NCBI GenBank assembly: GCA_964106915.2
Contig: OZ066915.1
Length of the DNA: 64,000 nt
From: Podarcis gaigeae
Taxonomy: Eukaryota
Strand: one strand, 5' to 3'
Made by a program: the position numbers and the translations under genes. Shown here piece by piece: positions 1 through 11,000 of this stretch; positions within the stretch are counted from its first letter, which is position 1, and each line of letters starts with the position of its first letter. The notes below the pieces were generated by a model. It saw nothing but the letters and a program-made list of their open reading frames with translations, searched no databases and was not told where the DNA came from.

Positions 1-59
1 AGGATACCTGAAGAGATTACCTCTCGCATGCCTGAGATCAGGACGCCCCTGAGGGGAAC

Positions 60-1600
60 TTCTGCCCCTTGAGAGGCAGCCGCGAGATACCGTTGGCGAG
101 GATGGCGCGGGCGCCGCCCGGCGGCTTAAGGCTCTTCCGCCTGCGGCGTCGGGGTTCCAGGAGGCGAGCGAGAGCGAGCTCTGCCCTGAGTCCGTTACCC
201 CAGTTTGCAAAGCGCAGGCCGCGCACATGGAACCCGGACGCCGCCAGTTGCGCCTTAAGGATCGCAGAGCTAGAATGGGGAGGGGGGGGGAGAGAGAGAA
301 GGAAGCTGTGTGGGATGGGACAGGAGGCACGCGAGCGCTCGAAGCCGCCGCCGCCACCACAGGTAGCCCCTCCCTCTTCTCTGCCGCTTCCCCAGCTCCG
401 GCCCCGCCTCATTAGGCGGAGGGGGTGGCGGTGGGGGGAAGAGATGGAGGGGGCCGCGGCCGGCGTAATGCTGGGAAGAGGAAACGAGGGGACGCTCCCA
501 GGCGGCAGAGGCGGCGGCAGCGGCGCCCGGCGGGGTCACGAACTCTGACCTTTCGGCACAAGACTCCCGTTCACCCCCCCCCCAGAAAACAACAATAATA
601 ATAATAACAGAGCGGCTCTCCTTTCCTCCCCCCCCCCATCTCTGCTCCGTGCAGGGCAAGACGTTAACCCCTCTGGTGCCGCTGCCTCCGCCTGCCTTTA
701 TTCCCCCCCTCACCCCACTCGAGGGGCCCGCAGGGTGGGGGGGCAACCCAGGCCTGGCCAGAGACCCGTTGCGAGGCAGCCACCGCCGGGCTTGCTTGGC
801 GCCAAACCCTGAGGTAAACGAGCTTCCTTATTCTAGCGGGTCGCGGCGCGCTTCGGGCTCGGAGGGGCGACGGTTCTCTCGAGGCGGAGAGGGAGGCGCT
901 GAAACGGGGGGGGGGGTGCTGGCGGAGGTCGGCGGGCTTCGGGCGCTGCGCCGTTTCCTTTCCCGGGGTCTGCCGTGGCCGCGATGCCGCAAAAACTGCA
1001 CCGGCTCCGAGTGAGGGAGAAAAGAAGATGGAGTCTGAGCGGGCGGAGGCAGTGGCTTGAACCCGACCCTTTTACCTTTGCCACCGGGAGGGCGGAGGGG
1101 AGGGGGCGGCGGGTATTTTGCATACGGGGCAGCCCGTCGCCATCTTAAGCGGACTCTTCCCCCCACCCTACTACCACCACCCGCTTCTCTCCCGCTCTGG
1201 GCTGCCGCTCGCCACGCTCTGGGTGCCCGCGACCGGGCCCGACCAGTTACGGGCGAAGGAACGTTAGGGAAGGCGGGGAGACTAATGGCGGAGCTTTTGG
1301 ACTTGGCTACCTGCCAACTCCGCCATCTTGTGCTTCAAGTGCCTTTTTCTCCTTATCTCTCCTTCCCCCCCCCCCGCAACTTTAATTGGGGGGCGGAGGG
1401 GGGAAGTGGCCTGAAGGGCGGTCGCATTGGCCAATTATACCCGTTGTGGCGGTGGGAGGGCGGGCTTTCCTTTCCGCTGGCGACGAGAGCCGATTGGTTG
1501 GGCCGGGAGAATGCGCGAAAAGGGGTTCTGTGGAGGGCGACGCTATACCCCTCGTCAAAGCTTTCGTTCCTGCCATCGTAGTTTCTGGCTGAATTAATCC
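60..1600 (+). promoter_or_regulatory. CpG island; NR2C2 promoter and non-coding first exon region
   Basis: Very GC- and CpG-rich against an AT-rich background. YY1-type motifs CGCCATCTT (1138-1146, 1321-1329) and AATGGCGG (1284-1291), palindromic ATTGGCCAAT (1426-1435), GC boxes. Candidate donors at 363 (CAG|GTAGCC) and 814 (GAG|GTAAAC); the TSS cannot be resolved. Confidence 0.8.
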
Positions 1601-2678
1601 CCGTTTTTCACAAAAACGTTGAACAACAGTATCCTGTGGGAACGCAAGGTTTAGGAATGTTTCTCTTGCCTTTAGCAAACTCAAGAACACCGTTTTAATT
1701 GCGTGTCAGAGCTCAAACTGCAATCGTAATCTCGCTTACCTACGAACAAGCGCCACTGAATTCAGCTGGACTTGCTTCTGAGTAGGATTGTGCTCTTAGC
1801 CTGTCCCCACTAACAGAAATTTACCAAATTTTGCACCTGTGTTTCTGGAATGTATAAATTGTCACAACCTGAAGCCTGTGATGTGTACTTGAAAAGAATA
1901 CTTTGTTGCAAATATGTTTCAAATATATATTTTGAAAATGATTTTAGTATGTCACACAAAACCACAGAAAAATTCAGGAAAAGTGATGCAAAGCATACTT
2001 TCCACAAAAGGTAACCTGTCACTAGTTTAAAAACAGGTCAACCCAGGCTGTCAATATTTAGCATGAGGGATCCAGTCACCGGACATTTGGGTTTGCACAA
2101 TTAAAGTGGATTAAAGCTCTCGGACACAACAAATGTACTTTTAAAACCCTCGTTTTTTTGCAGTTAGAAAAGTGACATGGAGATGCACTAAGAAGTGTGT
2201 GGTAAATTGTTGATGTGTAACCTCACAAGCAAATCAGAATGAAGACTCGTACTGTAGTCTTAAAACTTTCCAGCAAACAAACCTGAACAACTGCTTAATG
2301 AATAGACCTTACTTACAAATAAACTGTGTAATCAAATGAGGATGAATGCTCAGTAAACAGATCATCTTGAGGAGCTCATGGGCCACAACTATAGACTGAA
2401 TGTGCTTTTTTCCTTTAACCCACGTGTAGCCAACATAGTTTCCTTCATATAACTCTCATCAGCCCCAGCCAGTATGGGAGTGTTAGTCCAGCAATATTTG
2501 GGGGTACAACATTGGCTATCCCTACTTCAACCAAATGTAATTTGTAAGTTTAGATCATTACTATTACTATAATTTGTTTCCCAGTTCCATTAGTGATGAC
2601 ACTACTAGGGTTGCCATATTTCAGAATGTATGTGAACTGCCCTGAGACCTCCGGGTGTAGGGAGGTATATAAATGTAT

Positions 2679-3025
2679 GTTGTTTAGTTGTGTCCGACTC
2701 TTCGTGACCCCATGGACCAGAGCACGCCAGGCCCTCCTGTCTTCCACTGCCTCCCGCAGTTTGGTCAAACTCATGTTTGCAGCTTCGAGAACACTGTCCA
2801 ACCATCTCGTCCTCTGTCGTCCCCTTCTCCTTGTGCCCTCCATCTTTCCCAACATCAGGGTCTTTCCAGGGAGTCTTCTCTTCTCATGAGGTGGCCAAAG
2901 TACTGGAGCCTCAGTCCTTCCAGTGGGCACTCAGGGCTGATTTCCTTCAGAATGGATAGGTTTGATGTTCTTGCAGTCCATGGGACTCTCAAGAGTCTCC
3001 TCCAGCACCATAATTCAAAAGCATC
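2679..3025 (-). mobile_element. 5'-truncated BovB (RTE LINE) 3' fragment
   Basis: Translates to DAFELWCWRRLLRVPWTARTSN and KTLMLGKMEG...RWLD...WRALVHGVTKSRTQL. 12-bp TSD ATATAAATGTAT at 2667-2678 and 3026-3037. Confidence 0.92.
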
Positions 3026-4945
3026 ATATAAATGTATAGGGTGGTATATAAATAAATTCAATAAATAAACAAATAAAATAAATGAGCTTTTTAAAGGGAA
3101 AATTGCTCTTAGTCCTGCTGGACCCATTTCTCCCTGTTGCATTGCCTAGATGGAATGATAGCAAGAGGAGAAGAATGTGACTGTTTCTTCAGATTATGGT
3201 TGCTCTGTTTTGTTTGCATCCTTTCTCTCTGGGGTGATGGGGAGAATTTGGTCCAACTCCTTGCTAGCACAGCTGCTGCAGGGAGGATTATACCAAAAGA
3301 ATGTGCACAAGAAGATGTGGTGCTGTTTACCAATCTACATTATTATGCTGCTCACCTGTGCCACCTGTCCATCTTGCACTACACCTCTTCTTCGGTGGGA
3401 GGTGGTTGTGTGGTTGTGTTGCTTTCATCACTCCTGGCAACAACACAGCACAATGGAAGAGGACATCCTAAAGAGGTGGTGGTGGCTACAATTCAGCAAT
3501 GGTCACCGCACTGGTGCTTCGGCATCAGTAGGCAATAGATTTGGGGAGAGGATTGGCCTTTAGCTAGCATCCATATATAAATGTTAGTTCCCATTCTACT
3601 TTTGGAATACTTTGTCACTTAAGAGTGACCAAACTCAGGTGCACCTCTTTACTCTTCTGTCTAAATGAATGGCTGCCATTCATTCCTATCTCTCCCTGTA
3701 GCACACAGCTTCAGCATGTTTTGTGTCAGTTCACGCATGGTGGTGAAGTCTAGAATAACCAACCTATGTGAACTTAATCTGCATCCTTCAGTCCTTTCCA
3801 GGGTCGCCTGGAACATGCAACAGTTTAGTGACAGATGTGTGGGTCCTTGGTAAGCAGAATAATGTGAAAAAGTTTAACTGTGTATGATGCAGAAAAGTGT
3901 GTTGTGCCTGCCTCCATGGAATCCTGTAATATACAGGCCTGTGTTCTGGCTTTCTTTCCTCTTTACAAAGTACAATGATAGGCATTTTCTTAGTTGCTTT
4001 ATAATAAGTGAAATCCTAAGATAATTTGCAATTTCAGTAGTGTGAAAAGATCTGGAAATCAGCTTGTTCTTTTAGCTCTATATAGTTAAGTCACTTTATA
4101 GTTCCCATTATCCCACCCAAAACAGTTGGATACACCTGCATTTCCTCAAAGCTATGTGAAACAAGAAGTGTTCAGTCCTCTGTTGCAGTAAGCATGGAAG
4201 CTAGGAAGCATAGTTTCTTTGGCCTTGCTAAGCAGCTAGTGAAGGCTTGCAAAAGCAGATAATGACTACTACTGGTTGTTTCTTTCTGAACTAAGTGGAG
4301 ATGGTTATTTCATGAAAGTGGCAAATGTTTTCTTATTTCATTAATCTGATAAAATTAACCCTCTTTCACAAACTGAACACAGGATTTGGTTATTTCACAA
4401 TAACCAACAATATTAATGCCTATTCAAAGGTGCTTAGATTTTGGTTGGGAGGAAAGCTCTGAATGAGCTGGGAGATACTCAATGGACAAGATAATATTTC
4501 TAAACAGATGTGAGTGGCATGAGCTGTGAATCTGTCAGGGGTCTGTCTCTTGCTTGGCATAAGAGACATATCTGCAGTGTGTGAAGAACTTGAAAAAGAT
4601 GAGGGGCCTCTCCATGTTGTGCTCATCCACAAATACAGTTACTAATAAGAGATTCCTGGTCCTTTTGGCAACCTGGTGATGGCATATATGGAGCTCAGTA
4701 CCTCTTTTATTTTTTAAAATGTTATTTTTACTTTTTTCATGAATAAAGCAATTTAATGATTGTAACATAATATCACTGTTTTATAATGAAACGTTTGAAA
4801 CTGTGTTCAGTACTATCACGGGGGTGTATACTGTACTATATTTAATTGTTCTTAGTAATAAAATGGCAAAAGCTTTAATTTTTCTGTTGCTGATAGAAGT
4901 TATTGGCATCTCTCCAAAAAGGTTCTCTAATGATCCTCCTTCACC

Positions 4946-5005
4946 ATGACAACCAATATGGAGGTGCTGGCTCAGCAGATAGTGGAGACACAGCAGGTGG
5001 CTGAG
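4946..5005 (+). CDS. NR2C2: NR2C2 coding exon 1 ([20 protein letters not shown], long N-terminus)
   Basis: ACCATG Kozak context, acceptor near 4896, donor GAG|GTGAGT. Resembles the N-terminus of the long mouse TR4 isoform as I recall it. Confidence 0.85.
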
Positions 5006-8000
5006 GTGAGTGAAGGATGATATTACAGTAACTCTTGACTGGTTTTTAAAAAGAAAATATAATTGTCTATTGTTTACAGATGGTCAGATCTAAAGTGGAT
5101 TTTTTTCATAAAATGCTGGTTATTCCACTTGAAAATATAAAGCGATATTTTTCAATCCCCATGTTTTGTACTGAACTTCATTTGTATATAACAAAATGTC
5201 CACCAGGAGAGCAGAGGGTAATGCCTTTCTCCACCTTCTAATGACAGCTTGTCATACAGTGCTGCTGGGTGAAAAAAATGTGGGGCTGCACTTAATTCTG
5301 CAGCCATCCCCCTATATCCTGCAGCCTGGCTGAAGGGCCTAGATGAGACCTGTAGGCATGTGCAAGTCTTTGAACATGTCCAGTGTGGCTTCTGCTGCTT
5401 CATCCATATAGATATTTCTTATGCTTTTAAGCAGATCTATTTGCTGTTAGGTAAAGGTAATGGACCCCTGACCATTAGGTCCAGTTGTGACCGACTCTGG
5501 GGTTGCGGCGCTCATCTCGCTTTCTTGGCCAAGGGAGCCAGAGTACAGCTTCCGGAGGTCATGTGGCCAGCATGACTAAGCCACTTCTGGCGAACCAGAG
5601 CAGCGCACAGAAACGCCGTTTACCTTCCCGCCTTGCTGTTAGCTGTGAACTAATCTATGTTTTTCTGATTAGTGTAATCTCATATCATCCACTTGTACCA
5701 TCCCAGCCAACACATTTTTTATTTCTGCACCAGGCTTCTAACTTATAATAACATACAGGAACTGTTTACAGAATGGGTGTTAAGTGATTGTGTATTTCTG
5801 TCAAGGAGGTCATAGATTATGCTGTTGATAAGTAGTTGCCCATTGTCTGTTTCAAGCCTGCATTGTAGAGTTCTATTTCATTTATGCATCCTTTGCATAC
5901 AGTAAGCCCTCAACTTATGTGGGGGTTATGTTCTGGGGATCGTGCCTAAAGCCAACATTGTGTATAGTCAAAACCCATTAGGTTCAATGGTGGGTAGGAT
6001 TGCCAAAGTCATTTTCCCTGGAACTCTGCCCCATTTCTTTATTTATGCATGCATGCCATGCACATAAAGCTGAATGCACACAAGTTAAATGTGTGTAGGT
6101 TGTGGGCTTACTCTATCTTTTAAAAATGGCCAGGAGCCTTATCATCTTCATCTAGTGAAAATACTGTCTTCATTTTTCCCAGATTTAAATCCAGTGACTG
6201 TATCTTAAGGCTAGATGACTGTTTATTAATAAAGATTATATCCCAGGTTTTTTTTAATCTGTATTTGAAATTAAAGTTTGTTAAAATTTAATTAAATATT
6301 CCTTGAAGTAAATATAAGTAGAGTCATGGTGTTAAAATGTTATTGGTATTTTGTGTGACATAGTCACATTGTTCAAATAGTTTCCTCTGTTGCACAATAT
6401 AGTTATTGTAGTCCTTTGTTTTATCAGTAGCATTGCAACATCTACTTTTTACATTTGGGTTTTCTGTCTTGTGCTTAACATTGTCATGTACAGTAGTACA
6501 TTTGTTGTTTCTACATTTTTACTCTTCAATATCACTAGCCAAGCTGTCCAGTTAACTGAGTTAATTCTGAAATAGTCTTCAGTTCAGAATAACCAAATAC
6601 ATCTATAGACATTATTTTTACTGATTAGCAAAATGCCCATGAAATTATTGAAATGTATGTTATATTTGCTTATTTGCATTACTGGAGGAGACTGATGTTG
6701 AGTGGACACTAGGACACCACCAGGTGAACGTTGTTGTATTCCATTCATTTGAAGAGAAAGAAAATGTTAACCTTTAGGGTGAGAACAGATTTATCTACTT
6801 ACTCCTCATGTAACAAGGACCCTCTATTCCTAGGTGAAATATTGTACTCAACCCTCTATATATCCCATGGCTAAAGAGGCAACATATATTGGCTTCACAT
6901 AGTCTGCCATTATTTGTGGTTGCCATACTCCTCTTTCTTCCCTTGAGTCCTCTGGCACACATAGAAAAATCAGGGGAGTGGTTGTCTCTCAGTGCTTTGG
7001 TCTTTGGAAGGGACATGAGGAGTGAGAATCTTTGTTATCAAGTTAAAATATGGAGTCAGAAGGCAAACGCTTCTCTCCCCTGAATCTTCTGTTTAATCCA
7101 GAGTGCGGAAGAGGGGCAAGAGATTGGTTTCTCGGTTAAAACAGTGAAATACACCCCTGAAAATGTGCAGGGAACTTGGAGTTTTGCATTGAGCATGTGG
7201 GAGAAGGATTGTCACTATTGGTGATCTATGACCTTTCCCTTCCTGTCAGTTTCCAAACTATGCCTATCCTAACTACCAGTAAGGTGCTTGAAAATAGGAA
7301 GCCGGACAGACTCAGACACAAATGAGCATAGTTATGTGGATTGGGGTTTTGCTCGGAAAGGATGGTCTTGTTAGCTGCTGAAGTACCGGTGGTTGGTCTA
7401 ATAATACCGTAATTCACCCAGTGCAGGGGGAAAGCATTGCAGTTCAGCACAAAGCATGTCACTGAGAGTGCCATCTTTAATTTAACCACTTTCTGAACAA
7501 TAATGACCTAACGCTATGCATAAATTTATGCAGTGAAAGTATATTGCATATAATGTTTTGTAATGTCATGGTTTCAGCACTTTAAAAAAGCTGAATCAAC
7601 ATAATGTGGTCCCCGCCCACCTTTTCAGAAGTTTCTGTGATTTTCAGAAATTTTAGTTTGTTGTGTTAATTTATAAGACTTACAGTTATCTCGTTGTTGT
7701 TGTTGTTGTTGTTGCTCCTCCAGAGAATTAAAATGGTGGCTTTAATGCTTCTAACACATACCATGAAATTAATGGATTTATCATTATGTGCAATAAAACT
7801 GATTCCAGCGCAAAATATTTGATGGGTGCACAAGAATGTAGTGTTTGTTTAGCTATATTAAGTTAATGAACTGTAAAGATAAAATATGTCCCATAGGGAA
7901 CAAAATAGTTTCCTTTTTTCATGTTACTGGTCTGAAAATTATTCAAGAGCTGGACAAATTATTTTCTCTTGAATTCTGCTACTTTGTAGTTTTTATTGAG

Positions 8001-11000
8001 CAGTAGTAGTTGGGCACAGGGGAGACAAAGAGAAGGAAAAGCTTTGTAACCTGGGTACATCTCCCCCAGTGAAATTAATTGTATTATTAGACAAACTGCT
8101 TCAGCAGCTGGCAAAACAGCAGGAACACGTCGATTCTGCTTCCTTGGTTACAGGGAGTGATAGTGTACTTGACCTTCAGAGGAGCAGGGTCATAGAGAGG
8201 GCATTTTTAAACAATTCTGTCTGGTTTTGTGATTGGAATCTTTATAAATGGAGCTCGGATACAAACATTTGGGAACAGACTAAAACTGATCTCTTCATTT
8301 CTCTTCGATTGTTTTGGCCAAAGATCTTTGCTGAAGAAAAATGTAAATAAAGCTGCAGAAGGATTTGACACTGTAAGTACTAGAGTCTGTACAGTATCAA
8401 GCGAGAGGCTCCAGGAAGCAAATGATTCAAAGGTTATTGAAGATGGGAGTGTTGTTATTTTTAAGAAGAAACATTTATGTTAAATGTATAGTCAGTTCAC
8501 TTTGCTTATCTAATCCTTGTAAATGTTTTAACTTAACAGCAATTTTAACTAAGAGTGTATTGCTAATACTGCTCCTAGTTTAAATTGATTTAAAATTCAG
8601 AATATTCTAATTTCACAGTAATGGCCATTTATCTGGAAGCTGACTTCTAATTAATAGTTTGAATAATTAGCACTACTTGTTCTCTTTAAATAGTATGTAC
8701 AGTATTTTAGCACAGAATTTTAATCCACAGTTTATAGCAGTTTCTACAACAAGCGTATTAGGATTTAGTTTGTATTTCCTGATAAACTAGAATATACTGC
8801 CTTTTGCTCAACAGAAATGAAGGGTTATTACAGGTTAAAATTTCAGAGTAGGAATAAATCTGATATCAAGTAAACTGTTTACCTACCTATTGCCAAATGC
8901 TGCAGATGACTCACCTTTTTCTGACCTGTGTATAAAGGTGAGATTTAAAGAGAAACCAGTAGGTACTGACTGTAATAGTTCTAGAACTACAGATATATAG
9001 GATTCAAAATAAATTAGTTAGAACATGTTGGGTAGCTTTAAAAGTGGAGTTAAATATTTAAAGTTAAATGTCCTTTTTTTTATTTACATAATGCAGCATC
9101 TTCTCAACATTTGCTATATTTTGTCAGTGTCAAAAATGCAAAGTTAGCTTTTAAACAGAAAGCTCTTGCATTGTGCTTTTGAACTTTCAGCATATGTTCT
9201 TTCCTTATGGATAACAATAGCATTCTGCAAGTCTTACACCATTTTATTGTGTGGGTGATAGCTAATGTTAGTCATACACAGAGTAACATTGATTACTGGG
9301 GGGGCTGTTCTGAGTATGACATTATTAGATATCACCTGTTTATTTACATAGCTGGTCTGTTTCATCTAAGATCTGTAGGCAGTACAGCTCCAAGGACCAA
9401 GCTGAGGAGCTGCAAACCACTTGTATATTTCATTTGTGTTTACCTAATTAACACATTTTGCATAAAATTTTAATATGGTGGCTTTGTGTGCTTTCCCCAT
9501 GATACTCCCTGTAGCTGCAAGACTACAAGTGACATTCTGAGGATATTTTTCTTGGGAAATAATAATTAGTTAATTGTGTTCTTAATGTAAAAAATAATTA
9601 GTAACCAGATAACGCTGTTGCATGTGTTTCATATTAAAATATCATTCCTTTGTATTTGTTTTTATTTATGCACTGTTTAATTACAATAGTCTCAATGTGG
9701 TGTAAAAGGAACACAATACTATATAAATAAACATTGGTTAAAACTATAAAAATAAAATTAATTCAGAATACCTTCCAGGTACAAAAAGAAAAGCCTCCAG
9801 TAGGCACTGGAAGTTCAGAAGGGAGGTAACCTGTCTTACCTCAGTTGGAAGGGAGTTTCCATAAAATGGGACCACAATTCTGAATGCATGGCTGCTGGTA
9901 GATACAAGCTGTGTATAAAAGCCATGGTGAATCACTGGCAGTGACTCCCCCAAAGACCTTAGTGGTGTCTTCAAGAAATAATGGATCAGGTGGTCCTTGA
10001 GGTATCCTGGACCCAAGGTATTAAGGGCATTGTAAATTAACACAAGAACCTTGAGCCTGGATAGGGATTGTTTTGTCTTTACATGCTTTTTGTTCTGTAG
10101 AATTTATATTTGCTTAAGGGAACAATTGTGAACGTAAGAATTTCTGTTTGTCTTGTGTATGAAAGGACACTGAGCAAGATTACTTATTTGATGACAAGTG
10201 GCCAGAACTTTTTGTTTGGTTGACTGCTAGATGCATATTCCGAATTTGCAAAATAATAAGCTACAAAATGCTTTATATTGTCATATTTGTCAGACAGGGC
10301 TCGGTTCAGATGCAGTACCAAGTTGTTGTTTGGCATTATATACAGTACACTAGTCTTGGTCTTGCATGCTCCCTTCTCCTTATGCTATCCCCGACTTTGG
10401 CTGCAGTCCTATCTATACCCACTTCTTTGGGAATAAACCTCATTGAACTCAATGAGATTTACTCCTGAATACATCTGTACAGGAGTGTGCTATTAGTCAT
10501 GACAAACTATAGTTTGCCATGAACATCTGAACTAAGCAGGCAATGGAAAGAATCTGAGCATGCTGTGGAGGAGGGAGTGCATGATTCTGAGGCTCAATTA
10601 CTTTCGTGTGGTGAAAGAAAGCAGGCTGCAACTACAGATGGGTGAAGGGTTGGACCCGTCACTGATGCCAGAAGCTACATTTACCTGCGGCTTGTTTGCA
10701 CAACCTAAGCAAAAACCCTTAGTATCCATTTTTTCTTTCTCCCATAAAAGTGAATGACTGCCATTAGTGCCTAGCAGAGCAGGAGGAAACTGCTGCAATT
10801 GCACACCAATGTGATGGTGAATGGCCTGTCCTCCACTGACAGGGATCCCATAGAGAGGTCTTTCATACACATATCTCAGGTATCACTCAAATATTTGACT
10901 TTTTCTATGCCTGCCCCACATTATACTTATGCTTCTATTTTAAATTAAGACAAAAATTAACAACTGCATACTGAACTCTTTTTATTTAAACCCCCCCCCC

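Noticed and set aside
38-1690. Many overlapping 60-170 aa ORFs
   Set aside because: Low-complexity Gly/Arg/Pro translations typical of a stop-poor CpG island; no recognisable domain.
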